Assembly: GCF_006345805.1 (NCBI RefSeq)
Contig: NC_043006.1
Span: forward strand, 103,044,001-103,108,000
Direction of reading: 5' to 3'
Source of the DNA: Octopus sinensis
Lineage: Eukaryota
Length of the DNA stretch: 64,000 nucleotides
This document shows, piece after piece, positions 50,352-63,415 of the stretch. Position numbers and translations under genes: made by a program. The notes under the pieces are model-generated. The model had not been told where the DNA came from. It worked only from the letters and a program-made list of their open reading frames with translations, and searched no databases. How positions within the stretch are numbered: the stretch's first letter is position 1; each line of letters begins with the position of its first letter.

Positions 50352-52123
50352 GTGAGTAGATTGCTAGAAATAGGAGCCAATACACTACTAGCTCGGCTAC
50401 TCCAATCCGTTTTGGGAAAATAAGTGAAGACGTATCTGCGGAATGGTCAAATTAATTCAAATTATATGAAAAGCCTGAAATATTATCAATTTTCTTTAGT
50501 GTTTTCAGCAGTCAATGTACAAACAAACAACCAAACAACACACAAACCTTGCTTTATATATACATATATATAGTTATGTGTGTGTGTGTGTGTGTTTGTA
50601 TGTATGTGTGAGTGTATTTACGTATACATATCTTGTGTGTGTTATTGTGTTAGTGTCACTGGCACTCCGTCGGATATGAAGACGAGGGACCCAGCTGATC
50701 CGATCAATGGAACAACCTGCTCGTGAAATTAACGTGCAGGTGGCTGAGCACTCCATAGACACATGTATCCTTAACGTAGTTCTCAGTGAGATTCAGTGTG
50801 ACACAGTGTGTGACAAAGTTGGCCCTTTGAAAAACAGGTAATACTCAATTTTTCCAACTAAGTGGAATGGAGCAACATGAAATAAAGTGCCTTGCCCAAG
50901 AACACAACGCGTTGCCGAGGATTGAAATCACGACCTTACGCCCGTGAGCCGAATACTCTATCTTATTATTGGTAAGCACTGTCTGTTTAATATTCGTTCA
51001 TGACCAGAAATTTATTTGTGGCTGAAATATGTTACGGCTTCGTTGCGATTATCTACATGAAAAATGTTCGAAACAATAGTATATGGAAACTAAACCAGAT
51101 GATTTTATCTTCTGCGGTACATGGACTGCAAATTGTTTTACCGATCCGGGAATGTAAAAAAGTAGAGATGACCTGGAGGCGTTTTAAATTAGAATGTAAA
51201 GAGATGATGTCACAAGGTCCTTTCAACACCCAACCCATATCGGTTCTGTCACTTTGACTTCTCATTGTTCTTATTTTTCTATAGATAGCTACAAAGGATT
51301 TGTAACGTAGATACAAGGAACACAATCTGATGGTGGGCGTAGTCACTGTTGATCCCTCTTTTATTGATCTTGGAATGATGAAAGAAAGAGTTGACCTCAC
51401 TGTGGGGTTTTAAATTAGAACTTAAAGAATCATATAATAAAATACAAAATACATCAACACATACACAACACAACTCTCTCGGCTCTCCTAACGAACTCCT
51501 ACACATATAGACTCCTACTTTGCAGTTAATAATCAAATTAAGTCTGATGAGTAACATTAATAGTATTTGCCATCATCATTAAAAAATAATTTAGATTTTC
51601 ATAGTGGCAATAAAAGCTGCGGAGATGATAAATTCGTTTTTAATTTGATATTGTTTTTCTCTTATTTGTTTCAATTTCCTTCGCTCAAGATTATTATGAT
51701 TAATTCGCAGTTATCTTTTTCACTTTCTTGAGTGAATTTAATTAACAGTTTCGGGAAATTTGCTATGAAGAAAAAGCAATTTTTATGTTTCTGTTTATTT
51801 TTCTCGTATGTTTTTAATTATTGTTTACCTCTTCATAGTAATTGTAAATGATAGAAAAAGACATTAAGGTTATTTATTTATTTTTTGTTTATTTATTTCA
51901 TGATTTTACGGCGGTCTGGAGTGGGAGAGGACTATTTTATATTTCTACATTAACGTACTTACCTATCTAAATGGCTGTATAAATTCATGCATACGTATTC
52001 TTACATATGCCTAAACATACATACAGGTACCAAAATGTGTAAATATATATATATATATAATGTGTATCTATGTGTGTACTTATATATGTTTGTATATATG
52101 CATATATATAATGTTTGTATGTA

Positions 52124-52157
<34 letters not shown>

Positions 52158-52182
52158 TATATATACATATATATATATTATA

Positions 52183-52231
<49 letters not shown>

Positions 52232-52291
52232 TATATGTATATATATATATATATATATATACATACACACATATATATATATATATATGTG

Positions 52292-52338
<47 letters not shown>

Positions 52339-52355
52339 GTGTATATATATATGTA

Positions 52356-52390
<35 letters not shown>

Positions 52391-53300
52391 CATATATAAA
52401 TGTGTGTTTTTATTTCTTTATGCCATTACTGCAGGCCCAGGTGACCTTTTTGGTTCATGGTATGTGCTTGTGATGAGTTTTTGTTGAGAAGGTACACATA
52501 TTATCTATCTATTCAGTATAACTATAAGGATAAAATAAAATAAAGGGTGTCCATAAAGTTCCTTTATAATATTGAGTTTAAAAGTATGAAATTTGTAAAG
52601 ATAATTTATGGATAAACTGTATATTAAATTCTTTCTATTAGTTTCACGGACAGTTTAATAGAAATAGCATTATTTGACTTTTTGGATGTAAGCCCTACAT
52701 CTGAAGAAAGAGCAAGAGAAAAAAAGAAAAACAAGAAAAAGAAATAAAAGCAAAAAACAACAATGAATGTGCGAATTTCGTACGCGCTTCATATTGAATA
52801 TGACCGCAATTGAGAAGTGAGAAAGAAATATTTGAAACAGGTGGAGAGTAAGTCTAGCGGCATTAAACTTTGCATAACATATGTCTGTGTGGAGGCGCGT
52901 GGCTTAGTGGTTAGGGTGTCAGCATCATGATCGTAAGATTGTGGTTTCGATTCCTGGACCGAGCGACGCGTTGTGTTCTTGAGCAAAACACCTCATTTCA
53001 CGTTGCTCCAGTCCACTCAGCTGGCAAAAATGAGTAACGCTGTGATGGACTGGCGTCCCGTCCAGCTGGGGAACACATATGCCGTTGAAACCGAGAAACG
53101 GGGCCCATGAGCCTGGCTAGGCTTTAAAAAGACGCATTTATTTATTTTAACATATGTCTGTGTTTTCGTGTTAGTGTTAGTGTGCATTTGTTATTGGAAG
53201 TTTTCCGTTTGTGCTCTTGTGGGTGTGTGAAATATAAAATAGTCCTCTCCCACCCCAGGCCCCTGTAAAATGATGAAATAAATAAATAAATAAATATATG

Positions 53301-53380
<80 letters not shown>

Positions 53381-53411
53381 AGTGTGTATATATATATGTA
53401 TATATATATAT

Positions 53412-53810
53412 AGGCGCATGAGTGGCTGTGCGGTAAGTAGCTTGCATACCAACCACATGGTTCCGGGTTCAGTCCCACTGTGTGGCACTTTGGGTAAGTG
53501 TCTTATACTATAGCCTCGGGCCGACCAAAGCCTTGTGAGTGGATTTGGTAGACGGAAACTGAAAGAAGCCTGTCGTATATATGTATATATATATGTGTGT
53601 GTGCGTGTATGTTTGTGTGTCTGTGTTTGTCCCCCTAGCATTGCTTGACAACCGATGCTGGTGTGTTTATGTCCCCGTCACTTAACGGTTCGGCAAAAGC
53701 GACCGATAGAATAAGTACTGGGCTTACAAAGAATAAGTCCCGGGGTCGAGTTGCTCGACTAAAGGCGGTGCTCCAGCATGGCCGCAGTCAAATGACTGAA
53801 ACATGTAGAA
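53412..53810 (+). mobile_element. SINE family 2 (CORE-like), reference-quality copy
   Basis: AGGCGCATGAGTGGCTGTGCGGTAAG...GGTTCAGTCCC head, GGCACTTTGGGTAAGTGTCTT block, (TG)n spacer and 3' body. Confidence 0.85.
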
Positions 53811-54122
53811 GAAAAAAAAATATATATGTGTATATATATATATACATATATATATATGTCTTCTCTGTATTGGCAGGTATGTATCTGTCTATCCATTTAT
53901 CTGTCGTTGTTGTGTGGTATAGCGGTGTGTACATTTGCGTTTTCTTACTTGCCCGTGTTTAGAGTTTATGTTTAGGTCAACATTTCACATGTGTATATTC
54001 CATGTCAACATATTTTTATCGTATAAAGAGCGTGATTCGGTTTTAATCTGGTATATATTGTGTCTATATTGTCATTTATGTGTAGCGGTATTGAGAAACA
54101 GTTGTAGTGTGGTCTGTGCATT

Positions 54123-54317
54123 ATACGATAGGGTGCTGAAGGAGCTTTAAACGTCTCGCGAAAAGCCTAGTTGGTGGTCCAACATTCTGAGCTCTTTTAC
54201 GGGGCTTAGAAAAGCTAAAGGACCGCAATAAGTGTGCGAATCCGAGAGGAGAATATGTTCAATAAAATCGTAATCAACTTAACCTCCTCTATTTTCTTTT
54301 ACTCAAAGCCCGAAACA
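54123..54317 (+). mobile_element. Short mariner-derived non-autonomous element
   Basis: Starts TACGATAGGGTGCTGAA and carries a decayed mariner 3' end (...GAGAGGAGAATATGTTCAATAAAATC, RGEYV-like). Confidence 0.5.
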
Positions 54318-55399
54318 TGTGTGTTTGTATATCCACATTGCTTGTATGTACGGAAAGTCTGTATTGCGTATGTATGTGAGTGTTTGTAGTTTAGTTGTTT
54401 TATTGAAAATAAAATTAAAAACAAACTACGTCCGCGGCTGAATCTCCCATGGCGAAGGTCAAGACTTTTGGAGAATATGGAATTACTACTTAGTTACCAC
54501 TAGAACTAAGTCCACTCTAGTTTGAGCTAGTAGTATCTTAAGATACCCTGATATCGCTTGAATCAACCACCTTGTCTAAGAGGTAAACTGTTCATGTTGC
54601 TCAAGAAAAAACTCGAGAAAAGAGCAGATGAGCAGAGTAAACGGTATGTAAATTGACAGAAGGCAAACCACTGTTGTAATCTTTCTCTAAAAAATCACAA
54701 ATATCTAAACTTTGGCTGGAAGATCCCTGATCGCTGACGCCTGTAGGCATGACAGACGAAGATAAAGAGTGAGAGTGTTTGTGATTAGTTACTGATGAAA
54801 TTATATGTGTTTTGTACACTGCAAGTAACAGGTGTAGAAATGCTTGAATATGTACATACGTTGGACTTTAATTTACTATGTTTATTATCGCTTTGAAACG
54901 TACTTCATATATCACCTTGACCGACCAGTCCGTCGGGCGTTCATTTGACACCGCTGGTCACAGCACGCTGTTCACTCCTCTCTGGATCGCGCCTTTCTCA
55001 TCCACGTGATCCCATTCGTCCTCCTGAAACCGTAACTCCACCGTCGTGATAAAATCCGTTCTGCGTGTGTGTGTGGTCTATGATCTCGGGCATCCTCCAT
55101 CCGATTGCGCTCAAATTTGATATGTCGATACCGACAGTATCAGAGCGTGTAAAAGTCTTGATAAATCGATTCCAGGTGAGAATGCGATCGATAAAGCTGC
55201 GGAAACGTGCATTTGTTCGAATAGAAAAAAAGTCTATCTTTATTTATGTCTTAAATTTAGGTTAAATCAGTGTTTCTCAAAGGGGAGGCCTATGGAATGG
55301 TTGGACAAGTTGTTTTGAGAAAATTTGATTTAAATGTTTGACAACTCAGCTCCGTCCATAGTATACACACAGTACAAAAACAGTACAAAAACTAGTACA

Positions 55400-55990
55400 A
55401 AAACAGCCGACAACACAGACCGATGGATTTAACAGCGTTGCGAATTATTTCATTTGGAACTGCAAGATACTAACTTTCAATTTCCTCTTTCAACAAATTG
55501 ACTGTTGCTGGTTTTGAGCTGTGAGCTTTATCTTTGATATACTCCTATAAAAAACCAGAAGTCCATTGGAGTGAGGTCTGGAGAACGTATAGGGAATTCT
55601 GCTCTACCTCTTCATTCAATCCATCTCCATGTATCCATGTATTCAGAAATGTTGTATCGAGATACGTCCTTACATCACGATGGCAGTAGGAAATTGCTCC
55701 ATCTTGCTGAGAGTAAATCTCTTCGTCACCACACGCCTCCTCCACACACAAAATGACGGATTCCTGCTGAGCATTCCCAGTGACAGTTTGGTGAACATAG
55801 AATGGCCCTAGGAAGTCCAATTCAGCTAGCCCACAACACACTGTATTCGCTGGTAAGTCCGAATGGTGTTCCATAATAACATGCAGATTTTCATGAGCCC
55901 AGTAGGTGCGATTATGTCGGTTAATTAGGCTACCTGGTATCATCTGCAACTGGGGAATACTTCCGTTGGATCTACTTCAGGAATTTCGCA
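55400..55990 (-). mobile_element. Tc1/mariner transposase relic, probably DD41D/rosa-like
   Basis: Minus strand: INRHNRTYWAHEN...LGPFY...TVTG...QQDGA...DVRTYLD... then, after a frameshift, RSPDLTPMDFW. Confidence 0.75.
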
Positions 55991-56218
55991 GTGTTAGTTG
56001 AGATAATAATTGATTAATTAAACAAAATATGGATTTGGTATTAGCCTTTATTTGGACCAATTCTGCTACGGTCTCTTATGGATGGGATTCTGTGCATCAT
56101 GTTGTGTTGCATCCATTTAGCTGTCTGGATCACATCAGGTGTGATCGTCGTACAAAATAAAGACGAATACCCAATCCATCTTCTGTTCACTTAATCAATT
56201 ATATATAGACACATATAA

Positions 56219-57454
56219 CAGGGTGTGACAGAAAAACTGGGTCAAGTTTCAGACAGGTATATTTCTAAAAGCATAGATTTTATTGGAGTCCAAATTTTAA
56301 ATAATCACTCGTACTATTTTGTATTTCAGATTTAACAAACTATTAATTTAAAAAAAGAATTAAACCGTAGACGTGCAATTGACGAATTATTCCGCGCCGG
56401 CAAAAGTCCTGGAGAGATTTTTAGAGCCACAAAGTATGACAAATATACTGTTTTAGAGTTGTAGCCAATTTGAAGAAAAGTCAGGATGTCCAGAGAAAGC
56501 CTCACAGTCTTTATAGTGACCAAAACCACACGCCTAGCTTCTTAACAGGACTGGAAAGATCTATTGAGTCGAACCCATCAACATCGATGGTGAAGTTGGC
56601 TCAAGATCAAGGAATCAGTAAAATGACCGTTTCTAGGGCTGTGAGACAAGACTTCCATATAAGATCGTATGTGAGAAGACAACGATCCAAAGCCATTCGA
56701 GCGAAAAGATGTCCGAAACTATTTAGTCGTCTGAAACAACGTGGGGGAGACAATACATCATCGTGGATGAAATGAAATTCATGGTAGACGGAATTGCAAA
56801 CCGTCAAAACTCAAGAGTGATAGCATACGACCCTTTCCAAGTTCTTTCAGCTATGCATAGCAAGAATCTAGCTTCCATTATGGTCTTTGGAGCAGCTGCA
56901 AGTGATGGGAAATTGATGCCTCCTCATTTTATTGAAGCGGTTCTTAAAATCAACACAACAGAGCATCTCAAAATCTTAGAAGTTTTGTTGCTTTAGATTA
57001 GGAAGCTTTATGATGCAGGTCGAATCATGTTTGTACAGGACTCTACGCCCGTCCATTCTTTGAAAAGAGTGCAAGAATTTTTTAAAGAAGGAATTGTCCA
57101 TGTTTGTCCCTAAAGATATCTGGCCCTCTGGCTCATCAGATTTGAATCTATGTGAGTTTTGGCTATGGGGTGAAGCTGAAGCAATATCCAATGCAACTTC
57201 TCACAAATGTGTGTCTTCACTGAAGGTTTCGATCTAGTGAGCATTCAGGAACAAATAGTTAGGGCATTCGCATCCTTTCGTAAACGAATTGAACTGACAA
57301 AGAAAACAAATGACGGTCGCATTGAACTGAAATAAGTGCTAAACATGCCACAATAAACTGGCATAAACATAAGACTTGCAGTGTTTTATTTTTCCGACTG
57401 ATGCCAATCATATTAAAGATATTTAAATGGTCCCAACTTAACTGTTACATCCTG
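56219..57454 (+). mobile_element. Full-length (1236 bp) maT-like (DD37D) transposon, inactive
   Basis: Diverged TIRs CAGGGTGTGACAG.../...CTGTTACATCCTG|TA. Translation gives NPSTSMVKLA, DEMKFMVDGIANRQNSR, SIMVFGAAASDGKLMPPHF, VQDSTPVH, WPSGSSDLNLCEFWLWG, with frameshifts and stops. Confidence 0.87.
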
Positions 57455-57493
57455 TATATATATATATATTATATATATATATATATATAATAT

Positions 57494-57541
<48 letters not shown>

Positions 57542-57581
57542 ATATTATATATATATAATATATATATATTATATATATATA

Positions 57582-57659
<78 letters not shown>

Positions 57660-57668
57660 ATATATATA

Positions 57669-57880
57669 CTTAATTCAAACATGAACAATGAGAAAACACA
57701 ACAACACGAGGAGGTGGAATAAGTATAGTGTTATTGGATGCTCAGAAAAGGAAAGAAAGAAGGGGAATTTCATATTTCGAGCGGAGCTCTTCGTCAGAAA
57801 TATAGAAAACAAGAAAAAGTCCAAAGAAGGGAAGACGGAGAAAGAAAATCGCCAACAATGCACACAAGGTCACATATTGA
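57669..57880 (-). mobile_element. HHR-bearing unit A1 between (TA)n tracts
   Basis: Reverse complement is homologous to 20790-21003. Confidence 0.7.
57767..57801 (-). ncRNA. Minimal type-I hammerhead motif (intact CUGACGA core, G at position 17)
   Basis: Minus strand: ATTT-CTGACGA-A-GAGC(TCC)GCTC-GAAA-TAT-G-AAAT. Stems I and III stay paired or palindromic with different bases from the 20867 copy. Confidence 0.6.
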
Positions 57881-57972
57881 AATGACCGGAAGGGAATGAT
57901 ATATATATATATATATATATATATACATTTAATTATTCTTTTAGTTATGTGCATGTGTTTGGTGTCTGTGTA

Positions 57973-58013
<41 letters not shown>

Positions 58014-59307
58014 TGTGTTTGTGTACAGCTGTATATGTATATATTTTCCGTAGAAAATGTTTCCCATATACAGACTATGTATTTTCTCTTTCCCGTCGTT
58101 GGAGCAAGTCCCTTGCTATATTAGCTCTTCGCTGCGCTACTGACATTCCCTTAATATTCTCAACGCCTGTCTTCGCTCCATTGTGACCATCGCGCTATTT
58201 GTCCTCCCTAGGGTTATAAAATAACGCAAAATTAAAAAAAGAATAACTGGAACTAATTTGGTTGATTTCATGCCATTTTTAAAAGTAGGAGACTTGCACC
58301 AAAGCCAGAAATTATTCTTCGTCCTAATAGAACAATAATGAATTATGATTTTCCTTTTATTTCCTTATAATTGTTAATTTATCTTTCATCAATTTTCCCC
58401 GTTTTAGATTAAACGATCAAAGCGGCATTAGTTTTTATTGCAATATCTTTCGTATTTTCTTAGTATCTTAGCCACAATATAAACGAAAGACGTTTATAAG
58501 AAATGGCCGCTAATTAAATAACTATACACAAATACACAGAGGCGCACGCATAGATACCCTCCCGCTCACACATAATCGTATGTATACATAAGTATATGTA
58601 TATACACACACACACACACAGACACACACACGTATAAATATATATATATATATATATATTGTGTGTGTTTGCGCGCAGGCCAACGTTTATGTGTAACCAC
58701 ACACAAACTAATACGCATGCGCATTCATATAGGCGTGAAGTAATACATATATTTCTTGCCTGAAAAGTAATTAATAAGTATGTATAACAATGTCTCTCTC
58801 TCTCTCACTCGATCTTTCTCTCTCTCTGTACACACGCAAACACACATAAACAGATATAGATATTTTGATACTAAATCATACAAAAACTACCGTGCACACA
58901 CACACATACAAACACGTACACATACGCACACGCATACACATCCATGCGCACACATACGTATATACTGATGCTAGAAGTCCTAATAACCTTCCTAATTCAG
59001 ACTTCATACAAACAGAAAGAAAATAAGGCCAAGAATTTTTATTAAAGGCTAAGTAAACAAACCATACTAATAAGACTAATAATAATAATTGAAATATACG
59101 AGAAGAATATAAAATATGAATAGATTTATGTGATATAATTAGAAAGCAGCGTGAAATGAAAGAATAATGGTTTGATGTTGCGTTTCCCTTTCCAAACGTA
59201 AAGATTAACACTCAAATGAGTAGAAAATATTAAATATAATGAAAGATTATGAACGCAATGACGTTCACTCGCTTGCGAACTTTCAATGTATATATGTATA
59301 TATATCT

Positions 59308-59724
59308 AAGGCGGCGAGCTGGTGGAATCGTTAGATCGCCGGGCGAAATGCTTAGCGGTATTTCGTCTGCCGTTACGTTCTCAGTTCAAATTCCGCCGAG
59401 GTCAACTTAGCCTTTCAGCCTTTCGGAGTCGATAAATTAAGTACCAGATACGCACCGGGGTCGATATAATCGACTTAATCCGTTTGTTTGTCCTTGTTTG
59501 TCCCCTCTGTGTTTAACCCCTTGTGGGTAGTAAAGAAATAGGTATTTCGTCTGCCGCTACGTTCTGAGTTCAAATTCCGCCGAGCTCGAGTTTGTCTTTC
59601 ATCCTTTCGGGGTCGATTAAATAAGTACCAGTTACGCACTGGGGTCGATATAATCGACTTGATATGTTTGTCTGTCCTTGCTTGCCCTCTCTGTGTTTAG
59701 CCCCTTGTGGGTAGGAAAGAAATA
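59308..59724 (+). mobile_element. SINE family 1, full unit plus head-truncated tandem unit
   Basis: Unit 1 is 59308-59540. Unit 2 restarts at internal GGTATTTCG (59541-59724). Confidence 0.87.
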
Positions 59725-60256
59725 TGTATGTATATATATCAATATATGTATGCGTGTATGATGTATGTCTCTATGTAGAGTGTGTGGATATGTGCATATT
59801 TTTATGTATACATGTATATGAATAGATATATGTATGTGTATATGTGTGGGAATACACACACACACATATACACTCTCTTTACTTGTTTCAGTCGTTTGAC
59901 TGCGACCATGCTGGAGCACCACCTTTATAGTCGAGCAAATCGATCCCAGAGTTTATTCTTTGTAAGCCTAGTACTTATTCTATCGTTCTCTTTTGCCGAA
60001 CCGCTAAATTACGGAGATGTAAACACACCAGCATCGGTTGTCAAGCGATGCTAGGGGGTGAACAAACAGATACACAAACATATACACACACACATATACA
60101 TATACATATATATATATATATATGATTGATATAGGATGAAATTTTATCTGCAAAAAAATTTTTTATCAATGGCCACCATATCATAAATGCCTTTAAAGGT
60201 AAAATTTATACATAATTTCCAAGATAAGGGCAGAAGAAAAATTCTAATGCCAGATA

Positions 60257-60532
60257 CGCCGAAACAAAAATTTGTTGATAACCATTAAATTTATGCGTCC
60301 CGAAACAAACCGATAGAAATCTCTAAAAAATTCGTTATTACCGTATTCTTCTATGGGTATGAGTAAGTATTTCATTTATATCTCGCGTATTTGCCGCTGA
60401 AGAGGGGAAAATTTCTTGTGAATTAACTCCGAAATTGGACCAATACGGTAATAACGAATTTTTTAGAGATTTCTATCGGTTTGTTTTGAGACGCATAAAT
60501 TTAATGGTTATCGACAATTTTTTGTTTCGGAG
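60257..60532. mobile_element. MITE with ~90-bp TIRs flanked by TA
   Basis: 60259-60347 vs the reverse complement of 60442-60530 has 4 mismatches in 89 bp. TA on both sides. Confidence 0.8.
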
Positions 60533-60800
60533 TAAATTATGTATATATATATATATATATACGACGGGCTTCTTCCAGTTTCTGCCTACCAAAACCACTC
60601 ACAAGGCTTTGGTCGGCCCGAGGTTATAGTAGAAGACACTTGTCCAAGGTGCCACGCAGTGGGACTGAACCCGGGACCATATGGTTTGTAAGCAAGCTAA
60701 TTATCATACAGCTACTCCTATATATATATAAACATTTAAAGTTATATTCTTTTTCAAATTGTACACGCACACACACATTTAGGTACAAACACATTTTTAA

Positions 60801-61256
60801 AAGGCGGCGAGCTGGTAGAAACGTTAGCACGCCGGGCGAAATTCGTCTGTCGTTACGTTCCGAGTTCAAATTCCGCCGAGGTCGACTTTGCCTTTCATCC
60901 TTTCGGGGTCGATAAATTAAGTACCAGTTACGCACTGGGGTCGATGTAGTCGACTTAATCCCTTTGTCTGTCCTTGTTTGTCCCCTCTGTGTTTAGCCCC
61001 TTGTGGGTAGTAAAGAAATATGCAAGGCGGCGAGCTGGCAGAAACGTTAGCACACCGGGCGAAATGCGTAGTCGTATTTCGTCTGCCGCTACGTTCTGAG
61101 TTCAAATTCCGCCGAGGTTGACTTTGCCGTTCATCCTTTCGGGGTCGATAAATTAAGTACCAGTTACGCACTGGGGTCGATGTAATCGACTTAATACCTA
61201 TGTCTGTCCTTGTTTGTCCCCTCTATGTTTAGCCCCTTGTGGGTAGTAAAGAAATA
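60801..61256 (+). mobile_element. SINE family 1, head-to-tail dimer of two full units
   Basis: Units 60801-61020 and 61024-61256. Confidence 0.87.
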
Positions 61257-61292
61257 TATATATATGTAAGTATGTATGCATATATATGTATG

Positions 61293-61340
<48 letters not shown>

Positions 61341-63367
61341 ATATATATTATATATATATATATATATATATTAGACACTTAATTAGTCATTAGATTCGAG
61401 TTTCTAGTAACAGATTGAATTCAAAATTGGATACTTGTACAAGAAACAGTGACTCCTACAGGACCCTGTATTCTGTGAATTAATGTATTAAGTGACTGTT
61501 AGATATATTTGCCATTGAGGCCACAAGAGGGACTTGAAATTCATCAGAAATAGTCGTTATGAATTATATTTCATAAGTAAATGTAAAATGGAGCGTTTCC
61601 TTATCGAAAGTTCGTCAATTCTTCTTACCCTAATTGATAATAAACATACTGGTTTCAAATTATGGCACTAGGTCAGATAGTTCGGGGTAGGGGTTGAGTG
61701 ATTTATATCGACCTCATTTTGCGACTGGTACTTATGCTATCGTCCCCTAACAGAATGAAATTCAAAGTCGACCTCAGTGGTAAAGACGGACGAAATACTT
61801 ATTTCTTTATTACCCACAAGGGACTAAACTGGGGTCGACGTAATCGACTTAATACGTTTGTCTGTCCTTGTTTGTCCCCTCTATGTTTAGCACCCTGTGG
61901 GCAATTAAGAAATAAATATAAGAAGTACACTACATGAAAAACCTAATGCTATATTATACTATTTAATTCTATAATCATTTTCGAAGAACATATTCAAAAC
62001 TTAGTTGAAATATGAAAGCTAGGTCAATGACCTGTATATAAAATGCTGATATAGACACGTACTTCTAGATGCTTGTTAAGTTAATTACTTGTTCAACTAA
62101 AATATAAAAATTAAGAAAGCAAGTGAGCCCCACATGGGTTCTTTATCAGTGAAGTATGGCGGAAATCTGAACGACTCGATTTAATGAACAAAAATGATTA
62201 AAAAAAAGACAAAAAGCAGAAAAGAAAATTAATACATTAAGCACCCCTTTGCAATAGTTCACAATAATAGTTAGAAAATGTAATCATATCAATATATATG
62301 TAGCAGTTTTTTGATTAAATATAGTATCGGAGATGGTAGTAGTCACTTTAAAGCTATGCAGTGAGTAAACAACCATTTAGATCAGTTTAAACGTTTGTGA
62401 CATACATGACCTGTACAAAGACAAATATTCACTGTTTGCCGTCGGGAAAATTGTTCGCTTTAGGCAATAAGTGTTAAAATCACCAACAGTCCTTTCAAAG
62501 ATATATTTCCTATGGATAGATTCGAATTTAATTTGTAGGAAAATTGCTAAGAAGGCGTAGTTTTTGTGAGAATGCTATGCAATTTTTTTGTCATTTGTAA
62601 TCAAATTTAAGCACAAAACTAACAGGGAAACATAAAATTTTAAATTAATTCCAGAATATTTCAGAATAAAATAACAGAATTAATGAAAACCTGATCAGAA
62701 ATGTCTAATTCATGGGGAGGAGAGCGATAACGACGTTATGAAAATATATGTGGTTACATCTCAAGTGTTGAAGATATTAATATAGTTGAATTAAAAGCAA
62801 ACAAATAATATTTTTTGAATTTCATATTCTGGTTAATATGTACGATAAGGTTACTAGATTTGATTTCGCTAAGGGGGGATACACCCCCAAAATTTGTTAA
62901 ATACAACCCTGATCTTTGTGTTATTTATTGAAATTGAATATATGTCTACTGTATGTATGTATATATGTTGCAAATATGTATGTATGTATATATGTGTGTG
63001 TGTATGTCTGTGTGTCACTATTCAGTTTATTTCAAGATTTCTTGCCAATAGAGAAATAGTCGGTTTCTAACCTATGTCCAATTCTCCTTCATTAACAAGG
63101 TACTTGAACCTCTTCTGTTTGGTTGCCAGCGGCTGCTAGCGTCAATTTTCTGTTTGAATCGTTTTCATATTCACTATAATGATAACTTTTATAGGCTAAT
63201 TAATCACGTGAATGTAATTTTCGCAATAAATCAATAAATAAAGAGTTATTAGTAACTGAAGTTCGAATGTTTTGGTAATTTTAGCAGTCGTAATCCACAG
63301 ACATATTCATGGCTATTTCGATATTAAGAAGCGGAACATGAGAACTCTTTTGTCTCTCAACGAGCCT

Positions 63368-63381
63368 GTTGCCATAGTAAC
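63368..63381. promoter_or_regulatory. RFX X-box motif
   Basis: GTTGCCATAGTAAC fits the GTYNCY-AT-RGNAAC consensus, in non-repeat sequence. Confidence 0.4.
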
Positions 63382-63415
63382 AAACGAATCCGAGCAGTCT
63401 TTGGAAAGTCTTTTA

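Noticed and set aside
51260-51400. Strong acceptor TTCTTATTTTTCTATAG as a coding exon start
   Set aside because: All three frames, and the alternative nearby AG, hit stops before a good donor.
51544-51550. CTGATGA as a further hammerhead core (also at 20635, 10582 and the reverse motif near 61544)
   Set aside because: No stem II followed by GAAA and stem III. The 10582 instance is RT coding sequence.
59308-59400. SINE heads as functional tRNA genes
   Set aside because: A/B boxes are present but there is no cloverleaf, and each continues into a SINE body.
59308-61256. Tandem units or spaced repeats as a CRISPR array
   Set aside because: Eukaryotic SINE multimers, with no constant repeat plus unique spacer structure and no cas genes.
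62325-62360. 36-nt candidate micro-exon (AG...GTGAGT); similar weak candidates at ~3559-3596, ~38403-38451 and ~54609-54646
   Set aside because: Such short splice-site pairs are expected by chance in 64 kb and have no independent support.
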